Below are positions 22,081 through 32,234 of a DNA stretch of 124,000 nt, piece after piece (position 1 is the first letter of the stretch; every line of letters begins with the position of its first letter). The position numbers and the translations under genes are program-made. The notes beneath the pieces are model-generated. The model was not told the DNA's origin. It was given only the letters and a program-made list of their open reading frames with translations, and did not search any database. This DNA is from Hyalangium minutum (GTDB lineage Bacteria > Myxococcota > Myxococcia > Myxococcales > Myxococcaceae): contig NZ_JMCB01000008.1 of NCBI RefSeq assembly GCF_000737315.1, positions 144,001 through 268,000 on the forward strand, read 5' to 3'.

Positions 22081-23010
22081 GTGGCCATGCGTCTCCGGAC
22101 GTGCAGCGCCCCCCTGCTCCTGCTCCTTCTCTCGGCCTGCGCAACGATGGATCCGATCCCGGGAGAACCGGAGGACCCGAGCCCGAGACTCACCAACCTT
22201 CAGCGGGCGGCGCTCTACCCCTGGACGGACGACGGGCATTGCGTGGTGCGCGAAGCCGCGAACGAATGGCCCGTCCTGGCGGAGCGGTGCTTTCACGCTC
22301 TTGATCGCGACAGAGTCAGGTTTCGGGACGTCACAAAAAGATGCGCTGTCGCCTCTGCGGTTGCGGCTGCCGTGCCCATGAGCGTAGCGCTCTGCATCTT
22401 CGCGTCGCCGGCAGTGGTAACTGGAGCGGTGATTGTGATTGGCGCGGTGGTGGTGGCAGCCGCCATCCAAGAGGGGATTGATACCTATCAACGAAACGCA
22501 TCCCGCGAGCGCGCGAAGACCAAGACTCAGACACAGCCCTCCAGTGAGCAGGAGCCCGTAGCGAACAGAGATCCCAAACCGAAGGGCTTGGGTCGAGACT
22601 GGCTCCCTCCCATTTCATCCGATCCCTCGGAGCGACCTGAGTGCAGGACGATCCCAGGACCTCCCCGTGGAGGAAACGAGCCGCATAACGAGTGTGCCAA
22701 CAAGGTTCCAGGCAACGATTTCCCCGGCCTGAATGTACTTATCACCGGCAAGAGCACAAGTAAGAGCTTCGATGCGCTGGTACTCGCTACGCGCACGCTG
22801 TGGGAAGTTAAAACCTACAACCTTGGCCACCAATCACCCCGCTCTCGGAAATTCCTTGTCGAAGTCAAATTGCCGCAACTCAGAGAAGAAGCCAAGCTTG
22901 CCAAGGAATGTGGCTATAACTTCGTCGTTGGCGTCACGAGCGCTGAGCACAAGGCGCTACTCCAGAGCTTGGAACCGAGCCTCGCGGTCGTTGTCATGGA
23001 TTGGTGCTGA
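22081..23010 (+). CDS. Lipoprotein polymorphic toxin (DUF6310-like) with PD-(D/E)XK-type C-terminus
   Basis: Lipobox LLSAC; conserved LQRAALYPWTDDGHCVVREA; KSFDAL...LWEVKT. Confidence 0.75.
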   Translation: MAMRLRTCSAPLLLLLLSACATMDPIPGEPEDPSPRLTNLQRAALYPWTDDGHCVVREAANEWPVLAERCFHALDRDRVRFRDVTKRCAVASAVAAAVPMSVALCIFASPAVVTGAVIVIGAVVVAAAIQEGIDTYQRNASRERAKTKTQTQPSSEQEPVANRDPKPKGLGRDWLPPISSDPSERPECRTIPGPPRGGNEPHNECANKVPGNDFPGLNVLITGKSTSKSFDALVLATRTLWEVKTYNLGHQSPRSRKFLVEVKLPQLREEAKLAKECGYNFVVGVTSAEHKALLQSLEPSLAVVVMDWC

Positions 23011-23011
23011 C

Positions 23012-23773
23012 GTGGTGCTTGTTCGCAACGAAATTGTTATCAGCGTCTATGCGCCGACGCTCGTGGGCGACGAGACACGCCCTCTTGCCATCGCTCAAGG
23101 AATGGAGCGTGCGCTTCCTGGTCTGCGGCTGGGGTGGACAACTTCTGAAAAGGAAGACCTCATCCCATTGCCTCACCGCGATCAGGGGATAGCGACAGAC
23201 AAGGGAAACGGCGATTTTTTCTTCCTCTGCAACGATGACGAAGATCGCTTGGTGACCCTTAGCGGGTCGGTGAACCCTCTCGGCCTTGCAGCCGACGGTG
23301 TGTCGCACTTCGAGGTTCATGCGAGCCTGCCGCTCGACACGGCGAGTATTGCGGCGGCAGCGGATATGCTGGCAGCCATAGGGGAATTCGCGCTCGCGTT
23401 ATGGGGGCATGCGACGCCGTTCAACGCGGGTGTGGAGATCGCAAAGCAGACGAGTCCCACGTTGGCTGGGCCCCCGTGCCCTCCCCGGGGACTGCCAGCG
23501 CTCAAACTCCCCGACAAGATCCGCTCACCTGAGATTCCGCATCGCCTGGGGTGGCTGAACTACTGGTCGGCCGCTTCCGCACGAACCATCGGGTTCCCGG
23601 ACCCGGCCTGCGATGCCGATCTGCTCACGCGAGCGCGGCGCACGGCGTCAGGCGGGTGGGTCGTGCAGCTCACGGATGCGCCGCTCGATCTCGACAACCC
23701 CGCTCACCTGGACGCGCTGAAGCGGGCCTATGAGCGCTTCCCGGAGATCGGCGGACGCGCCGATCCACGCTGA
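23012..23773 (+). CDS. Cognate immunity protein (DUF5953-like)
   Basis: GTG start 1 nt after toxin stop; RLGWLNYWS, GGWVVQLTDAPLDLDNPAH. Confidence 0.75.
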   Translation: MVLVRNEIVISVYAPTLVGDETRPLAIAQGMERALPGLRLGWTTSEKEDLIPLPHRDQGIATDKGNGDFFFLCNDDEDRLVTLSGSVNPLGLAADGVSHFEVHASLPLDTASIAAAADMLAAIGEFALALWGHATPFNAGVEIAKQTSPTLAGPPCPPRGLPALKLPDKIRSPEIPHRLGWLNYWSAASARTIGFPDPACDADLLTRARRTASGGWVVQLTDAPLDLDNPAHLDALKRAYERFPEIGGRADPR

Positions 23774-23862
23774 CTGAGGCTAACGCGCGTTTCCCGGCGC
23801 GTGTCCACGAGGCCCGAGCTTGGGCGGCAGACGGTCATCGTCCCGGGCGCCGAATACGCAGT

Positions 23863-25059
23863 TCAAGTTCCAAGGAACTCGCGGTGCAACCGGGCCGTGA
23901 GCGGCTTCAGGTACGCCTTGTCCACCAGCAGCGACAGCTGCAGCGGCGAGGTGTGGACCGCGTGAACCCGCGCCCCCAGTTCCTCCGCCGCCAGCAGGGC
24001 GCGGCTCAGATACCCCCAGTCCGCGTTGATGCCCGCCCCCACACACGTCACCGTGCCCACCTGCTCCTGCAGCGACACGTCGTCACCGAAGCGCGTGGCC
24101 AGATCCTTCTGCACCGCCTCCAGCCCGTGCACGTCCTGCAGCGGCACCGCGATATAGGCCCGTGGCTCGCGGCCCAGCAGCCCGTCGAAGCTCAGCGCCC
24201 GGCCTCGCACGCCCCGCGCGTCCAGGAACTCGAGCAACTCCGGCAGCCGCACCCGCTCCGAGGCCGCTGACAGCACCGCCATCTCCTGCTCCGCCGTCAC
24301 GCCTTTCACCCGCGTGTCCGCTGGGCCCGCCAGTTCCTGCACCGCCGTGCCCGTCCCCTGCCCGTGCGCCGTGCGCGCCAGGATGACGATCCCCTTCGCC
24401 TTGGCGAACTCCACTGCCTGCGCGTTGAGCACCTTTGCCCCCGCGCTCGCCAGCTCCTGCATCTCATCGTACGTGAGCGACTCCAGCTTGCGCGCGTCCG
24501 GCACCACCCGTGGGTCCGCCGAGAAGATGCCATCCACGTCCGAGTAGATCTCACACGCCTCGGCCTCGAGCGCCGCCGCCAGCGCCACCGCCGTCGTGTC
24601 CGAGCCACCACGCCCCAGCGTCGTCACCTCCTTCTTATAGGAGACGCCCTGGTACCCTGCGACGATGACCACCTTGCCCCGATCCAGCTCCTCGAAGACC
24701 CGGTAAGGGCGTACCTCCACGATGCGCGCCTGCGAATGCGTGTCGTTGGTGATGATGCCACTCTGGCTGCCCGTGAAGCTGATGGCCGGCACTTCCAGCT
24801 CCTGAAGCGCCATGGACAGCAGCGCCATGGAGATGCGCTCGCCGCACGTCAGCAGCATGTCCAGTTCGCGCCGCGGAGGGTCGGGCGACACCTGCTTGGC
24901 CAGCGAGAGCAGGTCGTCCGTGGTGTCCCCCATGGCGGAGACGACGACCACTACCTGGTAGCCCGCCTCGCGCTTGGCTTTCACGCGCTGAGCCACCTTG
25001 CGAATCTTCTCCACATCCGCGACCGACGAGCCGCCGTACTTCTGGACCACGATGGGCAT
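23863..25059 (-). CDS. lysC: Aspartate kinase
   Basis: VQKYGGSSV; [12 protein letters not shown]; start moved to MPIVV. Confidence 0.92.
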   Translation of the reverse strand: MPIVVQKYGGSSVADVEKIRKVAQRVKAKREAGYQVVVVVSAMGDTTDDLLSLAKQVSPDPPRRELDMLLTCGERISMALLSMALQELEVPAISFTGSQSGIITNDTHSQARIVEVRPYRVFEELDRGKVVIVAGYQGVSYKKEVTTLGRGGSDTTAVALAAALEAEACEIYSDVDGIFSADPRVVPDARKLESLTYDEMQELASAGAKVLNAQAVEFAKAKGIVILARTAHGQGTGTAVQELAGPADTRVKGVTAEQEMAVLSAASERVRLPELLEFLDARGVRGRALSFDGLLGREPRAYIAVPLQDVHGLEAVQKDLATRFGDDVSLQEQVGTVTCVGAGINADWGYLSRALLAAEELGARVHAVHTSPLQLSLLVDKAYLKPLTARLHREFLGT

Positions 25060-25214
25060 ATCCGCCTCGTTACCTTGTTGGGCGTGGCCGGGAAACCACA
25101 CCGAGAGACTTCCATGCAGGACGCCGGCCAACAGCACGCACGGTCTGACCGAGCAACCGGCCGACTCCTTGACAGGTTGGGATCCCCCCATATACCCAGG
25201 CCGGAGGCTTCCCC

Positions 25215-25943
25215 ATGGCGATGATTGAGGTTCAGAACCTCACGAAGCGGTACCGGGACCGGAGTGCCATCGAGGGACTCACCTTCAGCGTCAACGAAGG
25301 GGAGATCCTGGGCTTCCTGGGTCCCAACGGAGCGGGCAAGTCCACGACCATGAAGATCCTCACCGGGTTCCTGCCCCCGTCCATGGGCACGGCCAAGGTG
25401 GCGGGCTTCGATGTCTTCGAGCAGCCGCTCGAGGTGAAGCGTCGCATCGGCTACCTGCCAGAGACGCCGCCGCTCTACCCGGAGATGACGGTGCGCGGGT
25501 ACCTGAAGTTCGTCGCCGAGCTCAAGAAGGTCCCCGGCCGCGGACTGAAGGCCGAGCTCGACCGGGTGGCGGGCCTCACCGGGCTGTCGGACATCATGGA
25601 CCGCGTCATCCAGAACCTCTCCAAGGGCTACAAGCAGCGCGTGGGCATCGCGCAGGCCCTGCTCGGCTCGCCGCCGGTCCTCATCCTCGACGAGCCCACC
25701 GAGGGGCTCGACCCTTCGCAGCGCGCCGACGTGCGCTCCCTCATCAAGGGGCTCGCGGGCAAGCACACCCTCATCCTCTCCACGCACATCCTGCCGGAGG
25801 TGACGATGACGTGTGAGAAGGTGCTCATCATCCACCAGGGGAAGATGGTCGCCTACGACGAGATCCAGAAGCTCGTCTCCGTGCACGGACAGGCGGCCAA
25901 CGTCTCGCTCGAAGAGATCTTCATCAAGCTCACGGCGGCCTGA
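25215..25943 (+). CDS. ABC transporter ATP-binding protein (GldA-like)
   Basis: GPNGAGKST; LSKGYKQR; LILDEPT. Confidence 0.92.
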   Translation: MAMIEVQNLTKRYRDRSAIEGLTFSVNEGEILGFLGPNGAGKSTTMKILTGFLPPSMGTAKVAGFDVFEQPLEVKRRIGYLPETPPLYPEMTVRGYLKFVAELKKVPGRGLKAELDRVAGLTGLSDIMDRVIQNLSKGYKQRVGIAQALLGSPPVLILDEPTEGLDPSQRADVRSLIKGLAGKHTLILSTHILPEVTMTCEKVLIIHQGKMVAYDEIQKLVSVHGQAANVSLEEIFIKLTAA

Positions 25944-25976
25944 GGGCCCCCTCCCCCGTTCCCGAGAGGATTTCCC

Positions 25977-26780
25977 ATGCGCACCGCCTTGGCGATCGCC
26001 CGCAAGGAGCTGTCCATCTACTTCACCACCCCGTGGGCCTACGTGGTCTTCACGGCCATGGTGGCGCTGTCCTCGTTCTTCTTCATGGGCCTGCTGCAGG
26101 CCTTCCAGCAGGTGCAGGAGATGGCCCAGGCCGTCGGCTGGAACCAGCTGCCCCCAGACGCCGCCAGCTACCGCAACCTCACCGACGGCGTCGTCGTCCA
26201 GCTGTGGGGCGTGGTCCTCATCGTCACGCTCTTCGTGGCGCCCTTCCTCTCCATGCGCCTGTTCGCCGAGGAGAAGCGCAACAAGACCTTCGAGCTGCTG
26301 ATGACGACGCCCGTGCGTCCCTTCGAACTCGTGCTGGGCAAGTACCTGGGCGGGCTGGGCATCATCTCCGCCACGTTGGGGCTCACCATCGTCTTTCCGC
26401 TCATGCTGACGGTATTCGGAGCGAGCGAGACAGGCTCGGTGCTGGAGTGGCCCACGGTGCTGCTCGGCTATGGGGCGGTGCTGCTGTGGGGCGCGACGTG
26501 CATGGCGGTGGGCATGTTCATCTCCGCGCTCACCGAGAGCCAGATGGTCGCCGCGCTGCTCACCTTCGCGGTGATGCTGCCGTGGATGCTGCTGCGCGGG
26601 CTGGCACAGGGCGTGGAGGAGCCCCTGCACTCGCTCATCACCTACCTGGCCTTCGACTCGCAGCTGTCGAACCTCATCAAGGGCGTGCTGGATCTCAAGG
26701 CGCTCGTGTTCTTCCTGTCCGTCATCCTCTTCTCGCTGCTGCTCACCCATCGCACCGTGGAGGCTCAGCGCTGGGCGTAG
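25977..26780 (+). CDS. ABC-2 permease (GldF-like)
   Basis: AEEKRNKTFELLMTTPV; multiple TM helices. Confidence 0.88.
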   Translation: MRTALAIARKELSIYFTTPWAYVVFTAMVALSSFFFMGLLQAFQQVQEMAQAVGWNQLPPDAASYRNLTDGVVVQLWGVVLIVTLFVAPFLSMRLFAEEKRNKTFELLMTTPVRPFELVLGKYLGGLGIISATLGLTIVFPLMLTVFGASETGSVLEWPTVLLGYGAVLLWGATCMAVGMFISALTESQMVAALLTFAVMLPWMLLRGLAQGVEEPLHSLITYLAFDSQLSNLIKGVLDLKALVFFLSVILFSLLLTHRTVEAQRWA

Positions 26781-26798
26781 CCCTGGCGCGAGGAACCC

Positions 26799-28370
26799 AT
26801 GAACTTCTCCTCTGTCGGAAAGATTCTCGGTGCGCTCGGGCTCCTGCTGCTGCTGTCGAGCCCGTTCACCCTGTTCTTCACCTCGGGCTCCGTGGCGCTC
26901 ACGGCGGCCAAGGCTGTGTCGGGCCTCGTGCTGCTGGGCATCTACTTCGCCACCAACTTCCAGCAGTTCGGCCAGTTCGCCACGCGGCGCTCCAGCTTCT
27001 TCTTCGCCACCTCCATGCTGATGGGAGTGGTGACACTGGGCGGGCTGGGCGCGCTCAACTACATCGCGTTCAAGAAGAACAAGAGCTGGGACCTGACGAA
27101 GCAGAAGGTCTTCACCCTGGCGCCGCAGACGACCACCACGCTCACCGGGCTCAAGGAGAAGGTGCGCGCCATCGGCTTCATGCCTCCCAGCCACCAGTAC
27201 TACGACATGGTGGAGCAGCTCTTCCGGCGCTACCAGGCTGCGGCCCCCGACAAGTTCGAGTACTCCTTCAAGGATCCCGCGCGTCACCCGGATCTGGCGG
27301 CCAAGTACCAGCTCAAAGAGGGCCAGACCACGGTGGTGCTCGTGCGCGGCGAGGGCGACAAGGAGTCGCACACCACCCTCAACATGCTCTCCGAGCAGGA
27401 CCTCACCAACGCCCTCATCAAGATCAACTCGGTGGGCTCGCAGAAGGTGTACTTCCTCACCGGCCACGGCGAGTGGCCACTGGAGGCCGAGGCCGCCGCG
27501 CCGGGCGATCCCGGTGGAGCGCTCTCGGAGTTCCGCAAGCACCTGCTCCAGGAGGGCTACACCGCCGAGGAGCTGAACCTGGCAGGGCAGAAGGAGGTCC
27601 CCCGGGACGCGTCGCTGGTGATCATTCCCGGCGCGAAGACGCCCTACACGGCGCCGGAGGCGGAGGCGCTGCGCCAGTACCTCGCGCAGGGTGGGCGGAT
27701 GCTCTACTTCGCGGACTTCAACGCCGAGCCGAAGCTGGACGCGCTCCTGGCCGAGTACGGCGTCGAGGTGGACAAGGGCATCGCCGCGGACCCGCAGTTC
27801 AACAGCGGCAACCCCTATGCACTGGTCTCCGCCTTCTACAGCGAGCACGAGCTGACCCGGCCCCTGCGCCAGCTCAAGCTCAACATCGAGTTCCCCACGG
27901 CGCGCAGCCTCACGGTGCTGCGCCAGGGCATGGCCGAGGGCGTCAAGGCCGAGCCCGTGGTGCTCTCCTCCCCCTTCGCGTGGGTGGAGACGACGCCGGC
28001 CGCGGACGCCACCCCCTCGGATGGCGAGAAGTCCGGCCAGCTCGTCCTGGTGGCCGCCGCCACGCGGGACACGAAGAACGCCCCGGACAAGCGCTTCGAT
28101 GAGGCGCGCGTGGTGGTGATGGGTGACTCGGAGATCCTCCTGGACGCCAACTGGGGCCACGAGGCCAACCGCAACCTCGTGCTGAATGCGCTCGGCTGGG
28201 CGTCGAACCAGGTCGAGAAGATCACCATCCGCCCGCCGGACCGCGACGTGTCCACATTGCAGATGGATCCGGACATGCTGGAGAACATCCGCTTCGTGTC
28301 CACGGACCTGCTGCCCCTGACCCTCATGGGCATGGGGCTGGCCATCTGGCTGTCGAGGCGAAACAAGTGA
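26799..28370 (+). CDS. GldG-like ABC accessory protein
   Basis: WDLTKQKVFTL; VYFLTGHGE; VVMGDSE; C-terminal TM. Confidence 0.85.
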   Translation: MNFSSVGKILGALGLLLLLSSPFTLFFTSGSVALTAAKAVSGLVLLGIYFATNFQQFGQFATRRSSFFFATSMLMGVVTLGGLGALNYIAFKKNKSWDLTKQKVFTLAPQTTTTLTGLKEKVRAIGFMPPSHQYYDMVEQLFRRYQAAAPDKFEYSFKDPARHPDLAAKYQLKEGQTTVVLVRGEGDKESHTTLNMLSEQDLTNALIKINSVGSQKVYFLTGHGEWPLEAEAAAPGDPGGALSEFRKHLLQEGYTAEELNLAGQKEVPRDASLVIIPGAKTPYTAPEAEALRQYLAQGGRMLYFADFNAEPKLDALLAEYGVEVDKGIAADPQFNSGNPYALVSAFYSEHELTRPLRQLKLNIEFPTARSLTVLRQGMAEGVKAEPVVLSSPFAWVETTPAADATPSDGEKSGQLVLVAAATRDTKNAPDKRFDEARVVVMGDSEILLDANWGHEANRNLVLNALGWASNQVEKITIRPPDRDVSTLQMDPDMLENIRFVSTDLLPLTLMGMGLAIWLSRRNK

Positions 28371-29911
28371 AGCAGACCCAAAAGAACCTCGTCACCCTGG
28401 TGCTGGCCACCGCCGCCGCTGCGGGCCTGGGCCTCTACGCGTACTTCGGAGTGAAGGAGCCGGAGCGGAAGGAGGCCGTGCGCAAGGAACAAGCCGAGAA
28501 GCTCTTCGCTCCCGAGACTCCCGGCGAGAAGCCCACTCAGGGCGCCACCGCTCCTGCGGCCGTCTTCACGCAGCTCACCGTCCAGTCCAAGGGCATCACC
28601 GCGACGCTGGAGCGCCAAGGCACCACGTGGTTCCTCACCGCTCCGGTGAAGGGCAAGGCGGACAAGCCCACCGTGGAGGGCATCCTCGCCCAGCTGCACG
28701 CCGGTAAGTTCAAGGCCACCGTCGAGGAGGCTCCCACCGACGAGGACCTCAAGAAGTACGGCCTCCTGCCTCCCGTGTTCTCGGTGGCGGCGAAGGCCTA
28801 TGTCCCGGACGCCTCAGGCGGTGGTCAGGACGATCCCGCGCGCCAGCGCACGGTGACGCTGCTCGGCGGCATCGAGAACACCTTCGATGGCTCCCTGTAC
28901 GTGCGCCGCGATGGCGACCCACGCGTGTACTCCGCGGATGGCTCCGTGCGCTACGCACTGGAGAAGGATCTGTACGCGCTGCGTGACAAGGAGTTCCTGG
29001 GGTTCGAAGAGGCCTCGCTGAAGGCGATCGAGGTGAAGACCCCAGCGACCAGCTACTCGCTGGAGCGGGAGGCGGATAAGTCCTGGCGGTTGACGAAGCC
29101 CCTGACGGTGCGCGCGGACGGAGAGCGCGTGAAGAAGGCCCTTCTGGCCCTCAAGGAGCAGCGTGCGCTCTCCTTCCCCATGGACTCCGCCGCGGAGCGC
29201 TCGAAGCTGGGCCTGGACAAGCCCGTGGTGGAGGCACGCTTCACGCTCGACCCGGGCGATCCCGTGCGGCTGCGGTTCTCCCTGGTCCCCGAAGGCTCCG
29301 GAGCGAAGGTGTATGCGCTGCGCGAGCAGGGCTCGGAGGCGACGCTCGCTGAGGTCCCCGAAGGCGCGCTCACCGTGCTGAACCTGAGCCTCCCAGAACT
29401 GCGGACCAAGACCGTGCTGAGCTTCAAGCGCGAGGACGTGAAGCGCATCGTCTTCTACCCGGGCGCTGGGGCACCGCCGGCGGTTCTGTCCAACAAGAAC
29501 CCGGCCGCGAACGCGCTGCAGGGCTGGGAGCTGGAGGAGCCCATCACGGGCAAGGTCGAGGGGCTCAAGGTGGCCTCGCTGCTCAGCCTCCTGAGCAGCG
29601 TCAAGGCCTCCAGCTTCGGCGAAGCCAACCCGAAGTGGGAGCAGTACGGCATCACCGACAACGCTCGCAGCTTCTCGCTGCAGGACACGAGCGGCAAGGA
29701 GCTGGCACGGCTGTGGCTTGGCGGCGCGGTGCCGAACAAGGAAGGATCTGTCTACGCCCGGGGATCCAACCCCGAAGTGGCCGAGGTGGAGGCAGCGTGG
29801 CTGGCCCACCTCCCCGAGCGCGCCGAGGACTTCTTGCAGGCCTCCGCCACCGCTGGAACGGACGGTGGCACCCCCGACACGGACGGTGGAGTTCCTGAGG
29901 ACTCGCCCTGA
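28367..29911 (+). CDS. DUF4340-like periplasmic protein
   Basis: N-terminal TM; repeated W-L-P...D / YGL-P modules; overlaps gldG-like stop. Confidence 0.8.
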   Translation: MKQTQKNLVTLVLATAAAAGLGLYAYFGVKEPERKEAVRKEQAEKLFAPETPGEKPTQGATAPAAVFTQLTVQSKGITATLERQGTTWFLTAPVKGKADKPTVEGILAQLHAGKFKATVEEAPTDEDLKKYGLLPPVFSVAAKAYVPDASGGGQDDPARQRTVTLLGGIENTFDGSLYVRRDGDPRVYSADGSVRYALEKDLYALRDKEFLGFEEASLKAIEVKTPATSYSLEREADKSWRLTKPLTVRADGERVKKALLALKEQRALSFPMDSAAERSKLGLDKPVVEARFTLDPGDPVRLRFSLVPEGSGAKVYALREQGSEATLAEVPEGALTVLNLSLPELRTKTVLSFKREDVKRIVFYPGAGAPPAVLSNKNPAANALQGWELEEPITGKVEGLKVASLLSLLSSVKASSFGEANPKWEQYGITDNARSFSLQDTSGKELARLWLGGAVPNKEGSVYARGSNPEVAEVEAAWLAHLPERAEDFLQASATAGTDGGTPDTDGGVPEDSP

Positions 29912-29912
29912 G

Positions 29913-30443
29913 TCAGACGCGGAAGGGACCCATTGAGCCCTCGGGCCAGACGACCCGAGGCTCCGCCCCTTCCGGCACGTGGGCGATGATGGCGCCCTCC
30001 AGGTAGCCCTCTTCCTCCAGGGCCTCGACGAGGGTGCGGACGGCGACCTCCGGCACCATGACTCGGCAGAAGACGTTCATCCGCCCAGGCTGGGTCTCAC
30101 CCCCCTCGACTTCGCCGTTGCCCGTCCAGCCGAGGATGTCGGTGAGCAGTTCCTCCACGGCGTTGCGCTTCTCGAAGTCGTGCCCCGTGCCCTTCCCCTG
30201 CACGGGGTACTGAATGACGAGCGGCGCCATGGCCTCCGGATCGGGCTCGTCGTAGCCCTCGTCCACGAGCGGCCCGGCGGCCTCCGCGAGCACCATGTCC
30301 GGGTCCTCTCCGGCGGGGGCTGAGATCGTCTGGTGCTGCCCCATCTCCCCGACGATCCCGTGGTGCACGGACAGCCCGTTGTCGTCCACCCACGCTTCCC
30401 AGTAGCGAAGCGTGTCCCCGTCCTTCTTGTAGAGCCTCAGCAC
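29913..30443 (-). CDS. Hypothetical protein with WGR-like N-terminus
   Basis: LRLYKK...RYWEAW...HHGIVGEMG. Confidence 0.65.
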   Translation of the reverse strand: MLRLYKKDGDTLRYWEAWVDDNGLSVHHGIVGEMGQHQTISAPAGEDPDMVLAEAAGPLVDEGYDEPDPEAMAPLVIQYPVQGKGTGHDFEKRNAVEELLTDILGWTGNGEVEGGETQPGRMNVFCRVMVPEVAVRTLVEALEEEGYLEGAIIAHVPEGAEPRVVWPEGSMGPFRV

Positions 30444-30468
30444 ACGAGCACCCTACCGCTCCCGCGCC

Positions 30469-31203
30469 TCAGATCTCCAGCAGCGCGAACCGTTGATCCG
30501 GCGTGTGCTTGGCCATCAGCGGCATGGCCACGTTGTAGACGGGGATGCCCGCGCGCGTCTTCCCCTCGCGCGTCCCGTGATGCGCGTGGCCATGGAACAC
30601 CGCCTCCGCCCGGTAGTGGTCAATCGGCATGGCGAGCCGGCTCGTCCCGAGGAAAGGCCGGATCTCGATGTTCTCCCCCTCCAGCGTCTCCGGAATGGGC
30701 GAGTAGTGCATGATGACCACCTTCTTCGGCGTGTCGAGGTGGCTCAGCGCCGCTTCCAGCTTGAGCGACTCGGACACCGCCTCCTGCACGAAGGACTTGG
30801 TCTGCCCCTCGCCGAACGCCTGCAGCGTGGCGTTGCCGAAGCCGCCGCCGAACCCCTTCACCCCCGCCACTCCGAGCACCTTCTCGAAGATGAAGTGGTC
30901 CCCATCCAGGATGTGGATCCCCACCTTGGCCAGCTCGGCGCAGATCTCCTTCACCTGGCCGTGCTCGTAGTCGTGGTTGCCCAGCACGGCGGCGCACGGG
31001 ACTCGCAGCGCAGAGAGCTCCTCGGCCAGGACCTTGCCCTCCTCCACCATGCCGCGATCCGTCAGATCGCCGCACAGCACGAGCATGTCCGCCGAGGCGT
31101 TCACCTGCTTCACGAGGAGCCGGAAGCGGCCGTGGTGGTCTTCCCGGCAGTGAAGATCACCGACTGCTGCCAACCGAATCTTCGAGTTGGGATCGCGTGC
31201 CAC
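30469..31203 (-). CDS. Calcineurin-like metallophosphoesterase
   Basis: GDLH, GDLTD, GNHD, HGHAH motifs. Confidence 0.92.
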   Translation of the reverse strand: MARDPNSKIRLAAVGDLHCREDHHGRFRLLVKQVNASADMLVLCGDLTDRGMVEEGKVLAEELSALRVPCAAVLGNHDYEHGQVKEICAELAKVGIHILDGDHFIFEKVLGVAGVKGFGGGFGNATLQAFGEGQTKSFVQEAVSESLKLEAALSHLDTPKKVVIMHYSPIPETLEGENIEIRPFLGTSRLAMPIDHYRAEAVFHGHAHHGTREGKTRAGIPVYNVAMPLMAKHTPDQRFALLEI

Positions 31204-32014
31204 GCTCTCCTCCGTCCTTTCGCTCGTGTTCGTCCCACTGCCGCCCGTCGCGGAATCCCCAGTGGTGGATGTCCACGTGGTAGTTCACCCGCGAGATCAG
31301 GTTGCCCCGGCAGATGCGCTCCTCCCAGTTGCCATCGCGCACCGTGTCCAGCGTGCGCGCCATCAGCTCCGCCATCACCCAGTCCGGGATGGTGTCGCGC
31401 TCGGACGGGTAGGCGTACCGGAACATCATCAGGTGGCTGAACAGCACCTCCCAGTACCGGTCGAAGCGGCGCATGAGCCGCTCCCAGTCCATCTTCCGCC
31501 CGGCCTTGAGGATGAGGTGGTTCACGTCCGATCCGTCATAGCGCTCGCGCTCGTTGACGAAGGCCTTGGACCAGATCATCTCCTCGGCGGGCGCCACCAG
31601 GCAGCGGTGGCCGAACACCGTGGAGGTAGGGGCGTGCTCGAACCACTCGTCGTCCACCACCGCCACCCCGTTGCCGGAGCTGAAGATGAAGTCGACGAAG
31701 TACTCGCCCTTGAAGGCCTTGTAGAGCCACACCTCGTCCGTGCGTTCGGTGCGCCAGCCGTCCAGTTCCAGCACCTCGAGCGCCCGGCCCGCATCGCGTT
31801 TGCGAGGGAAGAGGTCCAGGTCCTTCGTGTCGCGGTAGATGCCCGTGTACGTGGCGTAGGCGTAGGCTCCGCCAACGACGAACGGCACGCCCGCATCCAG
31901 GAGCAGCCCGACAGCCCTGGCCCTGGCGTTGATCTCGTCCGGGGCCCTGTCGCGCTCCGCCAGCATGGCATCCACACCCAGCTCTCCGGGGTGGTTCGGG
32001 TGTCTCTTTTCCAT
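31157..32014 (-). CDS. Nucleotidyltransferase family protein
   Basis: FVVGGAYA...RDTKDLDLF pol-beta-type motif; start moved to MEKRHP. Confidence 0.8.
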   Translation of the reverse strand: MEKRHPNHPGELGVDAMLAERDRAPDEINARARAVGLLLDAGVPFVVGGAYAYATYTGIYRDTKDLDLFPRKRDAGRALEVLELDGWRTERTDEVWLYKAFKGEYFVDFIFSSGNGVAVVDDEWFEHAPTSTVFGHRCLVAPAEEMIWSKAFVNERERYDGSDVNHLILKAGRKMDWERLMRRFDRYWEVLFSHLMMFRYAYPSERDTIPDWVMAELMARTLDTVRDGNWEERICRGNLISRVNYHVDIHHWGFRDGRQWDEHERKDGGERGTRSQLEDSVGSSR

Positions 32015-32234
32015 AGGGCATAAGCTAGGGACGGGGAAATTTCCCCGTCGTACCAGACGGCGCGGAAGCCCGGTGAGCAGCCGAGCAGCCTCCAACTCAT
32101 CGGTTTTGCTGGGGATTTCCTCCCAGAAAATCGGCCAGAAAAGGCCGCTTTCTGTTTTTCGAGGGGGCTGTGTCCATGGGGACGCAAACACGCTGCACGG
32201 CCCCGCCGAGGGCCTCACTCGAAAGGAAGACCCC

